IMG/VR virus record: IMGVR_UViG_3300042894_002308
Location: 71,769-135,768 of that record
Strand: one strand, 5' to 3'
Length of the DNA: 64,000 bases
Source of the DNA: a virus
In this document: positions 40,391-50,125 of the stretch, one piece after another
Position numbering within the stretch: the first letter of the stretch is position 1
Layout: every line of letters starts with the position of its first letter
The notes under the pieces: generated by a model
Databases searched by the model: none
The model's input: only the letters and a program-made list of their open reading frames with translations
What the model was told of the DNA's origin: nothing
Made by a program: the position numbers and the translations under genes

Positions 40391-42430
40391 TTATTGATTA
40401 TTACCATTAACTGTAGTTGATGTAGTTTGACAGCTACCATCTACAACATTTTCTGCCCAGAAATAACTTAAAAATTTATTTTGATATTCTGGATAAACTT
40501 GATTGCCACTTTCTGATAATAATGTAGTTAATGGAATCTGATACATTTTTACAATATGAAATATGTCAGCAGAATCTGGTGGAGTAGCACTTCCATTAGT
40601 TCCTATTGCTCTATATTGAAATCCAGATGGAATATTAGAAGGACTCCAACCAGGTGGAAGATAGGATGATGTTAAACCGCGTTCATTTACATTTATTGCC
40701 CATGTATCATCTTGTGTTGCACTAGATGCAACTGAATCTAAACTCCAATTTTCTAATTGATGAAAATAATATGACGCTGCACCTGATGATCCACCTGATC
40801 CTCCAGAAGAACCAGACATTCCAGCTGGACCACATGCTCCATATATGGCATTAAATTTAAGTTTATTCCATTTATATCTGTATTTTTTTGCATTTCCTGG
40901 TACAGATCCACTTATTCCAGAAACGCTATCTGGTTCATAACGTTGTAATAAAGCAAAAAAATCTTGTTCTGGTTGTTTGCCCATACAACATAAAGAATAC
41001 ATTACAAAATTTTGAGCTTCTATTTCTCTTAATTTTTTTAATCTGTCTTCAGATGCTCCTGTTAGGGTAGATTGAAATACATCATAACGAATGTCAATAA
41101 CTTTTTGTAAATACGTATCTATTCCATTTATTCCAAGAGAAGTGCTTGTAGCAGGAAGATCTTTATCATCTGGATAGTGGGGATGTATCGGAGTCATATC
41201 AAACATGTTTTTCCACATATCTGGACTATCCAGATATGGCATGTAGCCACTCTCACCCATCAATACCATATTATAATAGCTCTTCTCAGTACCATATTGA
41301 TTTCCTAACAAATTTGATATTGATTTATCATTTGTAGGTAATTGACCATCAAAATATCCCCAAGGATGATCAATAAAGATATTATCTCCACCTTTAGGGG
41401 CAGTTGTTCCACGTCCATATATACTTACTACATCAATATTATATTTTTGTCCATCATCTTGAAAATGAAAAGTTAAATTTTTTGTAGTATTACGTTCTGA
41501 TTCAATAATAGCATCTGATAAAGCATCTCCAGTAAGACCTAAATTTACTTCTACTGTATTTGTATCCAAATACTTTGGAGTTTTTCTTATGTAATAATAA
41601 TTTTTAGAAATCCATTGATATGCTGGATTAGTAGCAGCAAAGTATGCTTTTCTATAATATCTACCATCAATATTTCTTGTAACTTGATCACCATCAAAAA
41701 CTGCCACACTTCTCACTTCATCTATTACAGTTGCAGCAGAAATATCATCAGCTAAGTTACGTTCAAAAGATTTAAAATTCATTGCCCCATCAAAAGAAGT
41801 CCAAAATGCAAAATTTGCATCTCCCTTATTATTTACTGCACCATTGCACAAATACTGCATAAATTCAATAACATTATCTGGTATTGCTTCTTCACCACTA
41901 TTATATGGAATTAAAGGACGATATAAGAAAAAATTTGATGCAAAATCATTATATCCATAAGTTGGAGCATTACACACAGTTCTTAATTTAACTATTAATT
42001 CATTTATACCAAAAACAGTTGGTTTTTTAATTCCTAATAAATTATTTACAGAATTTTTAGATAAAAAGGTATAATGCTGATTAGTAAAATTAATTGCAAC
42101 TAAAGTTATTTCGCTATCTGACGCCGCATTATTAATATAAGAAACACTTGTTATAGGAAAAGTATAACTATTTCCATTAAAAAATTGAAGAATAATATTT
42201 TGTATATCATTTTTTTGTATAAATGATACAATATCATTTAAGTCCGTTACAACAAGAGTACCTGCTGGTAAGGTATCTGTTACATTTTCTACCATTTCAA
42301 CTTTTTCAAAACGACATTCTGTGTTTTGTTTTACTATATCAATAGCAAAATTAGTTGATGTTGCGGGTGATTGTAAAAATAAAGATTTTACACTAGAATA
42401 TGCCGGATTAAAATTCTTAGTATTTGCCAT
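40391..42430 (-). CDS. Baseplate hub, N-terminal part with large extensions
   Basis: ENVTDTLPAGTLVVTD N-terminus and FAFW...MNFKS; position after gp53. Confidence 0.55.
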   Translation of the reverse strand: MANTKNFNPAYSSVKSLFLQSPATSTNFAIDIVKQNTECRFEKVEMVENVTDTLPAGTLVVTDLNDIVSFIQKNDIQNIILQFFNGNSYTFPITSVSYINNAASDSEITLVAINFTNQHYTFLSKNSVNNLLGIKKPTVFGINELIVKLRTVCNAPTYGYNDFASNFFLYRPLIPYNSGEEAIPDNVIEFMQYLCNGAVNNKGDANFAFWTSFDGAMNFKSFERNLADDISAATVIDEVRSVAVFDGDQVTRNIDGRYYRKAYFAATNPAYQWISKNYYYIRKTPKYLDTNTVEVNLGLTGDALSDAIIESERNTTKNLTFHFQDDGQKYNIDVVSIYGRGTTAPKGGDNIFIDHPWGYFDGQLPTNDKSISNLLGNQYGTEKSYYNMVLMGESGYMPYLDSPDMWKNMFDMTPIHPHYPDDKDLPATSTSLGINGIDTYLQKVIDIRYDVFQSTLTGASEDRLKKLREIEAQNFVMYSLCCMGKQPEQDFFALLQRYEPDSVSGISGSVPGNAKKYRYKWNKLKFNAIYGACGPAGMSGSSGGSGGSSGAASYYFHQLENWSLDSVASSATQDDTWAINVNERGLTSSYLPPGWSPSNIPSGFQYRAIGTNGSATPPDSADIFHIVKMYQIPLTTLLSESGNQVYPEYQNKFLSYFWAENVVDGSCQTTSTTVNGNNQ

Positions 42431-42431
42431 A

Positions 42432-43277
42432 TCAACTATACTTAGCCGTCACAAATGAAGACTGAAGCACTCCCAACTGAGAAGGAATAAAAACTTGAAT
42501 TTGTTTAGAGTTATTTTTTACAGTTTGCAAGGCTGTGTATAATACAGGAGAAGTAATACCTAATAATGGTGTAGATGCTGGCAAATATGTATCTAATGTG
42601 GGATTGGATGCCGTGCTTTCTTTATCTATTATTTTTGCATCATATTCTAATACCTGTGAAAGTACTTTATTTGAATATAATTTTTTGTTTCCAGTATAAT
42701 AAGTTCCTGCCCATGTAAATGTTTCATCATCATTTTTTTTCAATACTGTTACATTTTCGGCAGTACCAGTAACATTTATAAATGGTCCTGTTCCACCATA
42801 TTGTGTTCCAATAATCATATTTCCATCATAATATGATGTGCTTTCAATTAACGCAAACTGCCCCTGAATATTAAAATTTCCAGTATAACCAAATGTATAT
42901 GATCCACCAGTATTACCAGTTACAGGAACAATTATACTTCCAATTGGAAATGCTGTTCCTCCAGTTACTGCTCCAGGTGAGGGTAATAATATTAAATTAA
43001 TTTTATCAGCATTGTTTTTAGAAAACAAAAATGGATTTAGTGTTAATAAATCAAAAGGATTTATTGTTTTATTAGCACTTAAAAAAGTCCAAAAATTATT
43101 AGTATCAATATATGTCTGATAAGACGCTTCAATTAACGTAGTTTTATCATCTACTGAAATAGTATTTGTATCTAATTGTTTTTTGGTAATATCAAGATAA
43201 GTAAAAAAATCAGAAATTACAAAATCACCGATTGAAGTGGTAAATGTTGTTTTTGGTAAGTTATTAAAAAATTTCAT
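42432..43277 (-). CDS. gp53: Baseplate wedge protein (gp53-like)
   Basis: MKFFNNLP, SYQTY...FWTFL.AN...NPF; follows gp48. Confidence 0.7.
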   Translation of the reverse strand: MKFFNNLPKTTFTTSIGDFVISDFFTYLDITKKQLDTNTISVDDKTTLIEASYQTYIDTNNFWTFLSANKTINPFDLLTLNPFLFSKNNADKINLILLPSPGAVTGGTAFPIGSIIVPVTGNTGGSYTFGYTGNFNIQGQFALIESTSYYDGNMIIGTQYGGTGPFINVTGTAENVTVLKKNDDETFTWAGTYYTGNKKLYSNKVLSQVLEYDAKIIDKESTASNPTLDTYLPASTPLLGITSPVLYTALQTVKNNSKQIQVFIPSQLGVLQSSFVTAKYS

Positions 43278-44155
43278 TATCTACTCCTTGGGTCTGGACC
43301 GGGAGATGAAAGGAAGAAATCATTTCCACCCTGTGAATATACCGTAGATACTTCTGATTTAGACAATACAGTATTCATAGTCGGATCATATGTTCCGGTT
43401 TCAAACTCTGTGAATAGTAATCCAAGCAATGTAATACTAGATCCACCATTTGGTAAGTATCTTACAATTGGATCAGATGCATCATTTTTTTCAACTTTAA
43501 TAGTTTCAAGAACACAGACTAAAGGCTCACCCATCCAATTTGCTGATAAAGGACCATTTGAATTACCACCTACATTTAAAGGTATTTGATTTCCGGGAGA
43601 TACTTGTAAAACCCATAAATTTTGAGGATATGATCTTTCAGGCAAACCTTCTACTACCGTAGGATATGAACACTTTCTAAAGGTTCCTACAATATTTTCA
43701 ATTTCTATACTTTCTTTTTCATTTTTTGGAACCAGTACATATTGAAAAAAGTATTTTTTTCTACCTTCAGATACCATAGTATATTCAGCAATATTACTAA
43801 ATCTTCTAAAAGTAGAGGTGGCAAACATTCTTTCCCAGTAAAATGTAGCTGGCTGCAACATGCGCTTCAACACATTGATTGTGCCTTTGACACCACCGCC
43901 TGCGTTAGCAATGCCTGCTGCCGTCAGGACGGGTCCCACTGGATTATTGTTACTTTCACCGTATTCATGTGCAACTTGGAAGCCTGGTTCCTTTGGCATC
44001 GGAAGCATTATATGCTGTTGATTACGTTGAATAACACCACCTCTGGTTCGTTCATAGTTTACCAAAGAATATGGTGCACTATAAAAATTTAACCAAAGAG
44101 GTTGTTCAGCTGCTGAATTTGACCCACTGCTAGAAGGATATTGATAGAAACCCAT
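43277..44155 (-). CDS. gp48: Baseplate tail-tube cap
   Basis: IMLPMP, RKKYFFQYVLVPKNEKES..I..IV..F, LLFTEFE. Confidence 0.75.
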   Translation of the reverse strand: MGFYQYPSSSGSNSAAEQPLWLNFYSAPYSLVNYERTRGGVIQRNQQHIMLPMPKEPGFQVAHEYGESNNNPVGPVLTAAGIANAGGGVKGTINVLKRMLQPATFYWERMFATSTFRRFSNIAEYTMVSEGRKKYFFQYVLVPKNEKESIEIENIVGTFRKCSYPTVVEGLPERSYPQNLWVLQVSPGNQIPLNVGGNSNGPLSANWMGEPLVCVLETIKVEKNDASDPIVRYLPNGGSSITLLGLLFTEFETGTYDPTMNTVLSKSEVSTVYSQGGNDFFLSSPGPDPRSR

Positions 44156-44161
44156 ATAAAA

Positions 44162-44184
44162 TATTTAGATATATTCTCTAAATA
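44162..44184. promoter_or_regulatory. Divergent late promoters (TAAATA) for gp48 and gp4
   Basis: tattta 44162-67 and taaata 44179-84, 6 and 5 nt from their ATGs. Confidence 0.75.
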
Positions 44185-44189
44185 TTAGG

Positions 44190-44618
44190 ATGGCGTACAA
44201 AACAATCTTTAATCCAAAGAATCCTAAAAAGTATGCAGGAGACGCATCAAAGATCGTTTGTAGATCTCTTTGGGAGCGAAATGTATGTAATTTTTGTGAC
44301 GAACACCCAAATATTTTAAAATGGGCTTCTGAAGAAATTGCCATTCCATATTTTAGCCCGGTAGATAAAAAAATTCACAATTATTTTCCTGATTTTTTAA
44401 TTCAATTTAAAAATACAAACGGGATACAAACATGGATGGTGGAAGTTAAACCAAAAAAACAAACCTATTTAAAAGAAAATGCATCTAAAAAAGAACAAAT
44501 TATTTGGAGTATAAACAGCGCAAAATGGGAAGCTGCAAAAAAGTATTGCGAGACAAACAAAATACAGTTTAAAATTTTTACAGAAAAAGAACTATTCAGT
44601 AATGGCAAACACAAATAA
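44190..44618 (+). CDS. gp4: Head completion nuclease
   Basis: PKNPKKYAGD, RSLWE, WASEEIAIPY, YFPDF, EVKP, NSAKWEAA. Confidence 0.93.
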   Translation: MAYKTIFNPKNPKKYAGDASKIVCRSLWERNVCNFCDEHPNILKWASEEIAIPYFSPVDKKIHNYFPDFLIQFKNTNGIQTWMVEVKPKKQTYLKENASKKEQIIWSINSAKWEAAKKYCETNKIQFKIFTEKELFSNGKHK

Positions 44619-45198
44619 TTCAAATAATTCAATTATAGGTATTAAAGATTTCTTTTCAAGACATAGGGGTTTACAAAGAAATAATAGATTTTCTATGTCT
44701 TTTTTAAATCTACCAGAAAAAATACCTCAAATTCAAAACTTTGATTTCAATCCTTTATCTGTAGCAATATCTGGAAGAGCTATCGATGGTGTTGCTGACA
44801 ATCTTGCTGGATATGGTCTTGGACGTACTGTGCCAAGATCACAAAAATTTCCAGAAGGCGTTATGCTAAATTTTCCAATAACAAATGATCACCAAATAAC
44901 ATATTTTTTTAATGAATGGTTTAATGCAATTTATGCTGGTGGTAGACAAAAAGGTGATTATACTAAACCATTTCAATTATCATATTATGATGATATCATT
45001 TATAATACTCAAATGAATATAAATTTTTTAGATCCAAACGGAAATATAAATGCTACCTATGAATTTTATGAAGTATATCCCGTAGAATGTCTTCCTATGG
45101 AATTAAGTATGTTAAAAAACGATCTTTATTCTGTGTACAGTGTTTTAATGATGTTTAGAGATTTTAATTTTGTGTTACCAGTTATCCCAACAATTTAA
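44602..45198 (+). CDS. Baseplate tube initiator (gp54-like, tube fold)
   Basis: GLQRNNRF, FFNEW, YYDD, EVYP. Confidence 0.75.
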   Translation: MANTNNSNNSIIGIKDFFSRHRGLQRNNRFSMSFLNLPEKIPQIQNFDFNPLSVAISGRAIDGVADNLAGYGLGRTVPRSQKFPEGVMLNFPITNDHQITYFFNEWFNAIYAGGRQKGDYTKPFQLSYYDDIIYNTQMNINFLDPNGNINATYEFYEVYPVECLPMELSMLKNDLYSVYSVLMMFRDFNFVLPVIPTI

Positions 45199-45211
45199 AT
45201 AAGTATTAATT

Positions 45212-45880
45212 ATGGATCCAAATATTTTACAATCAATAGAACAATTAATGCCTCGTTATGAGGCTGAACTTCCTTTTAGTAAAGAAAAGGTTACATTTAC
45301 ACCGTTTAGAGTTAAAGATGCAAAAAATATATCAATAATTCTTCAAGAAGAAAATAAAAAATTATCTTTAATAGCATTAGTTGAAATTTTAAAAACAAAT
45401 ACACATGGTGTGAATGTATTAGATTTATGTCTTGCAGATGCTGAATATCTATTTTTACAAATAAGATCAAAAAGTGTTGATGAACGATTAAACCTAATAC
45501 GAAACGAAGAAAAACTTCAACTGTATATTTTTGATATTAAACATAAAAATGAGATAGTAACAGAAACTATAAACATTTCACCTGAAATAAATTTAGTATT
45601 AGAAACACCAACAATCAATAATTTAATTAAACTAAACTCTTTAGAAAAAGAAGACTTAATAAAAAGTTGTATTAAAAAGATTGTTGTAAAAAACGAAATA
45701 TATTATCCAAACAAATTTCTTCCAAAAGATTTAAAAGATATATTAGATAATCTTCCAATGTCTATGCTTGGTAAATTTGAAAACTTTTTATCAAATCAAC
45801 CAGAACTTTATGCTATATTGGAAACAAAAGAAGGTCCAAAGGAGGTCAGCGGGTTTTTAAATTTTTTTATCTTTCGGTAA
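45212..45880 (+). CDS. gp26: Baseplate hub assembly protein
   Basis: FTPFRVKD, EYLFLQIRSKSV, C-terminal GFLNFF. Confidence 0.88.
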   Translation: MDPNILQSIEQLMPRYEAELPFSKEKVTFTPFRVKDAKNISIILQEENKKLSLIALVEILKTNTHGVNVLDLCLADAEYLFLQIRSKSVDERLNLIRNEEKLQLYIFDIKHKNEIVTETINISPEINLVLETPTINNLIKLNSLEKEDLIKSCIKKIVVKNEIYYPNKFLPKDLKDILDNLPMSMLGKFENFLSNQPELYAILETKEGPKEVSGFLNFFIFR

Positions 45881-46062
45881 AGTTTTTTGATTTAAAAGAT
45901 TATTTTACAACAAACTTTACCTTAATAAATAATTTTAATTGGAACCTGTATGATTTAGATAATATGCTTTGGTGGGAACGTGAAATATATGTATCGCTGC
46001 TAATAGATTACCAAGAACAAAAAAAATACAAAGAAACAAATAATAAAATTCAAGGTTTTTAA
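45862..46062 (+). CDS. gp51: gp51-like hub assembly catalyst, no own start codon (-1 frame of gp26)
   Basis: Own translation ...LKDYFTTNFTLINNFNWNLYDLDNMLWWEREIYVSLL...; first ATG (45964) is internal to the conserved part. Confidence 0.75.
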   Translation, partial: FFYLSVKFFDLKDYFTTNFTLINNFNWNLYDLDNMLWWEREIYVSLLIDYQEQKKYKETNNKIQGF

Positions 46063-46065
46063 TAT

Positions 46066-46494
46066 ATGATAGACAATCCAAATGATTTTGTATTAGATAT
46101 ATCTGCTGAACAACAAGCATTTAGCAATTCTATTATGTCTTCTTCTGAGCAGATGCAAGAGATACAAAGTAATCCAGATGCTATTCGACTTCCTGATTCA
46201 ATGTCATATACTCCAGCCAATGTGGATGTTAGTAATGCCACGACCGCAGAAGCATCAAAAGTTGCTATGGATTTAACTATTAAATTTGATCCAGAAGAAC
46301 AATATAAAGCGTTAAAGGAAACAGTTGATGGTATGCAAAAAGGAATACAGGAACTTGGCAATGAGCAACAGTCTAAATGGATTCCTTTTCCAAAAGCAGT
46401 AAACAACTTTGAAGAAAAACCAATATTAGAACAAACTAATTTAATTTTTGAAGAAAGACGTTCTAAATTTTCTGAATATCCTCGTTGGGCATAA
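46066..46494 (+). CDS. Hypothetical 142-aa protein in the tape-measure position
   Basis: Starts 3 nt after gp51 stop, ends at terminator; short coiled-coil segment. Confidence 0.55.
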   Translation: MIDNPNDFVLDISAEQQAFSNSIMSSSEQMQEIQSNPDAIRLPDSMSYTPANVDVSNATTAEASKVAMDLTIKFDPEEQYKALKETVDGMQKGIQELGNEQQSKWIPFPKAVNNFEEKPILEQTNLIFEERRSKFSEYPRWA

Positions 46495-46519
46495 AAAAAG
46501 CCCCTTGCGGGGCTTTTTT
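46493..46519. terminator. Bidirectional terminator
   Basis: aaaaaaagcccc-ttgc-ggggctttttt between convergent genes. Confidence 0.9.
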
Positions 46520-47376
46520 CAGTCATTCTCCATTTCGGAGAAGTACTTCAGCGGGTCTTTTTCTTCAACATCATGTTCAGCAAGTGTATCCTTAACATCA
46601 TCTTCGATGCTATTGGACTCGGTAAACTGAGCACGAATATCATCTCCAGTAGCCTTCTTTAGACGAGCCTGAAGTTCTTCATAACTCTTAAACTGACTCT
46701 TGTCAGTAAACTCCTTAAGAGAATACTGCTTCTTCCAAAGCTCTTCTAGCTTCTTGTCATCACCACCAAGAAGTGGTACTGGAGCAGCAAACTCTGAACG
46801 ATCATAGTTTACGTAACCACCAACATTACGAATCTTGATCTTAAAGTCTGCACCAGTCCAGAAGTTAAATGGATCAACTGCAACTTCATCCTTATACTCT
46901 GGGTGAGCAAGACTCTGAATCTTTTGAAAGATCTTTGTACCATATTGATAAAGGAAGTTCTTTCCCTTGTTTTCTGGATTTGCTGGATCTTCAATAACAA
47001 GAATATTAGAGATATAAGTCAACTTGCGCTTACGAGTGCGTGCAATATTCTTATCATCTTCAATACCACTATTCCACAGTTCTGTGTTTGCCTGACAGAT
47101 TGGGCACTTCTCCCCTAGAGTTGTAAGGCAGTTTTCAAACAGCCACCCACCCTTACCTTTAAATGCGTGACTATAAACTGCTACAAATGGTGTGTCATCT
47201 CCCTCAACTTCTGGGAGAAACCGAATTACTGCATAGCCGTTGCCAGCCTTGTCAATACCCGGCTTCCACAGCCGATCATCCTTGTAGCTGTCCTTTGAAG
47301 ACATCTTATCAAGACGTTCCGTTAGAGATGCGACTGAGTTCTTACTCTTCTTCTTAAAATCTGAAAAACCTGCCAT
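46519..47376 (-). CDS. gp32: Single-stranded DNA-binding protein
   Basis: DDRLWKP..DKAGNGYAVIRFLP, ENCLTTLGEKCPIC, NYDRSEF. Confidence 0.97.
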   Translation of the reverse strand: MAGFSDFKKKSKNSVASLTERLDKMSSKDSYKDDRLWKPGIDKAGNGYAVIRFLPEVEGDDTPFVAVYSHAFKGKGGWLFENCLTTLGEKCPICQANTELWNSGIEDDKNIARTRKRKLTYISNILVIEDPANPENKGKNFLYQYGTKIFQKIQSLAHPEYKDEVAVDPFNFWTGADFKIKIRNVGGYVNYDRSEFAAPVPLLGGDDKKLEELWKKQYSLKEFTDKSQFKSYEELQARLKKATGDDIRAQFTESNSIEDDVKDTLAEHDVEEKDPLKYFSEMEND

Positions 47377-47422
47377 AATAAATCTTTCCCCAAGGAACTA
47401 CCTTGGCCTAATAGTTGTTATT

Positions 47423-47450
47423 AGTATATAACCTATTTCTTGTTAGTCAA
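47423..47450 (-). promoter_or_regulatory. gp32 promoter TTGACT-N16-TATACT
   Basis: Boxes at 47445-50 and 47423-28. Confidence 0.75.
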
Positions 47451-47676
47451 CCGGAAGTTGTTTGTTTTTTCCTTTTTTCAACAAGTGAAGATTTTGTGCT
47501 TCTTGTTGAATTTTTTCAATTATGGGTTTTGTTAAAAGTTTACCGGTAGCCGATGGGTCTAAACCCATTTCGTCACCTGCAGACAAAACACAATCCATAA
47601 AAGACAATTTTGTTTTTTTAACTAAGTAGAGAACTTTATTTGAAAATTTTTCTTTAGCTGTATCATCTATGTACAT
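47443..47676 (-). CDS. gp33: Late transcription coactivator
   Basis: FS..V..LV....SFMDCVL....KLL.KPIIEKIQQEA..LHLL. Confidence 0.85.
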   Translation of the reverse strand: MYIDDTAKEKFSNKVLYLVKKTKLSFMDCVLSAGDEMGLDPSATGKLLTKPIIEKIQQEAQNLHLLKKGKNKQLPVD

Positions 47677-47763
47677 AATATACAGTATATACCGAATTTA
47701 CAGGAAATCCAATAAATTAAAGAGTATAAATATTGATGATAAACAATCTTTAAAGGATAACAG

Positions 47764-48759
47764 ATGAGCCTATCACCTTATTTCGGAAGCAATTACTTAG
47801 GATTAAACACTGGAGCCACCGCATTTATTGGTGCAGATCCAATTTATGATGTAGGTGGTAGTTATACGTATTATGTACAATATTATAAGGCTGTATTTGG
47901 TGCGTCTGGTGCATTTGATGCTGTAAGTGCATCTAATCCTTTTCCTGTAACAGTTACCAATGGACTAACTGCAACGATAGCTGGAATTACAGGTACAGTT
48001 ACAATTCAAGGTACTCCTAGCGGAACTGCAGTCCCTGTTTCCGGTAGTGTAGTTGTAACTGGTCTTACTGCTTCTCCTGTACCAGTTTATACACCACCAG
48101 GATGTCGTGTAGAAGTTACCGGTGGACGATATTTAAATAAATTGACAGATACTGTTTCTGTATTTGGTCCAAGTGGAAATACTTGGATTTATTCTAATAT
48201 GGTTAATGCCAGTGGCGTTGCTATTGGAACTACTGCAAATCCAATGCAAGTAAGTTTTAGTGGAATTACAATTACTGCAAACATTGCTGCAACTGTAGGT
48301 GTAACTAATGATTCTGCTGGTAATGGATTAAGAATCCAAGGCATGTCAGGTGGAACGAATGTTCCAGTACAAATACAAAATACAGTAACAATAGATGATG
48401 CTGATATTTTATCTGGTATGACTGCTATTTACACACAAGTAGTATCTTTAAATAGCAATTTAAGTGCAATCGGTGCAGCAAGACCTTCATCATTCAAGAC
48501 TGGTAGAGCCTCTTCAACATTCTCTAGTGTTACTCAGGTTGATAGTGGTGGGTTTACATGTCAAAATGGTATAAACATCAAAGCACTATCTACTAATACA
48601 GATTTTATCTATATTGGAAATACTGGAGCATTTACAGGTTCTTCTACTGGCTACGCCTTAGATCCAGGTGATGAAACTTTCCTGTCTTTAGTAAATACAA
48701 ATAAATTATGGGTTGTTGCTGCCAGTGGAACTCAAACTATAACTTATATGGCATCATAA
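47764..48759 (+). CDS. Putative virion (decoration/fibre) protein
   Basis: Late promoter TATAAATA plus SD; Thr/Gly-rich beta content; VSASNPFPV and IKALSTNTDFIYIG motifs. Confidence 0.6.
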   Translation: MSLSPYFGSNYLGLNTGATAFIGADPIYDVGGSYTYYVQYYKAVFGASGAFDAVSASNPFPVTVTNGLTATIAGITGTVTIQGTPSGTAVPVSGSVVVTGLTASPVPVYTPPGCRVEVTGGRYLNKLTDTVSVFGPSGNTWIYSNMVNASGVAIGTTANPMQVSFSGITITANIAATVGVTNDSAGNGLRIQGMSGGTNVPVQIQNTVTIDDADILSGMTAIYTQVVSLNSNLSAIGAARPSSFKTGRASSTFSSVTQVDSGGFTCQNGINIKALSTNTDFIYIGNTGAFTGSSTGYALDPGDETFLSLVNTNKLWVVAASGTQTITYMAS

Positions 48760-48760
48760 T

Positions 48761-50071
48761 ATGCCCGTATATCCATCATCACCATTTACATTAAATACAG
48801 TAAGATCATATAAAAATTATGGTCTTATAATACAAGGTAATACCTATGACCCAATTTGGTCTAAAGGGTGGTTGTTATCTTCACCAAATATTTCAATACA
48901 AGGAACAACTTGTTATATTGATTATTCTCAATCATTTGATACTTCAGATAGAATATATTTAAAAAGAACATTTGGTGGATTGTCTGCAGGAGGAACATTT
49001 TATGTTTCACCAACAGAATATTATGATGCGTTAACAGATACTAGAACTACTTTAGGTGGTACTTGTAACTTTAACAGTACATTAAATGAAGGTAAAATAA
49101 TTGTAGCAAATGTTGCTTCTGGTTTAACTTATACATCTGGATATAATTTTTATAATAAAGAAAATTTTATTAAACCTATACAGTATACTTTTACTACTAG
49201 TGGTTCAACATCTAATAATTTTATTATTAATACTATACCAGCAACATCATCTTTAACATTTAAAAAAATGGGATTTCTTGGAAATGCTTTAGGTTTTCAA
49301 GAATATATTGATATATCTGGTGCAACTAGTACTAATACTGGTCGCATACAAATTGACAGTGTGGCTACATTAAAAGATAATCAAGAAGTATTATACTTTA
49401 CAACTGGAGTTACAAATCAATCTTTAGTATCTTCATCTACTGAAGTAAAGATGTATATTCGTGGAAGATCCTTTGTAGAACAAATACAAGAACCAGAAAA
49501 TATTAACGGAATCTACCGAATACACAATTCAAACAATCAAATAATTGATTGTTATGAAAATCAAAATTTTTATCAAACTTATTTAAGAAAACAAACATTA
49601 GGTGCAACATATACTGGATACTGGGTACAATGCGAAACATGCCCAAACAGTATCTACAGTCAGTCACTTTCAGCAGATAGTGCTCAATCAAATCTAGTAT
49701 TTGATAATAATTTATTTTTGTTTATTAGTCAGATAATAACAAACGTAGCATCTACGGTATTACCAACATACACATATGGTGTGTTTACACAAAGAACTTT
49801 ATCTGGAAGTGCACAAAGTGCTGCTAGACTTACATTTTCTGTTAATGTTGGTTTAAAAATAGATTTAAGTCATGCATCTTTGCAAGGATGGGCGTTTGAA
49901 GTATTTGCAGATTCACAATTTACTTTACCTTTGTCAAATAACATTTATTTTTCTGGTCAACCAGGATACGGTCAAGCATATGTTTTGGTTGTAAGCGCAA
50001 CTGATGTTCCTCGGACACTGTATTGTAGATTAGTTGGTCCACAAACGTTGACCATGGTTATCAATATATAA
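48761..50071 (+). CDS. Putative virion protein
   Basis: Co-transcribed with previous gene; Thr/Ser/Gly-rich. Confidence 0.5.
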   Translation: MPVYPSSPFTLNTVRSYKNYGLIIQGNTYDPIWSKGWLLSSPNISIQGTTCYIDYSQSFDTSDRIYLKRTFGGLSAGGTFYVSPTEYYDALTDTRTTLGGTCNFNSTLNEGKIIVANVASGLTYTSGYNFYNKENFIKPIQYTFTTSGSTSNNFIINTIPATSSLTFKKMGFLGNALGFQEYIDISGATSTNTGRIQIDSVATLKDNQEVLYFTTGVTNQSLVSSSTEVKMYIRGRSFVEQIQEPENINGIYRIHNSNNQIIDCYENQNFYQTYLRKQTLGATYTGYWVQCETCPNSIYSQSLSADSAQSNLVFDNNLFLFISQIITNVASTVLPTYTYGVFTQRTLSGSAQSAARLTFSVNVGLKIDLSHASLQGWAFEVFADSQFTLPLSNNIYFSGQPGYGQAYVLVVSATDVPRTLYCRLVGPQTLTMVINI

Positions 50072-50075
50072 AAAA

Positions 50076-50103
50076 ATAAACCTCCCATTTCTGGGAGGTT
50101 TAT
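50076..50103. terminator. Hairpin terminator between convergent genes
   Basis: ataaacctccca-tttc-tgggaggtttat. Confidence 0.85.
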
Positions 50104-50125
50104 ATGTCGTTAATTACAATTTGTA

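Noticed and set aside
44190-44618. TnsA-like endonuclease as a transposon
   Set aside because: Matches T4 gp4 head completion protein in its usual position
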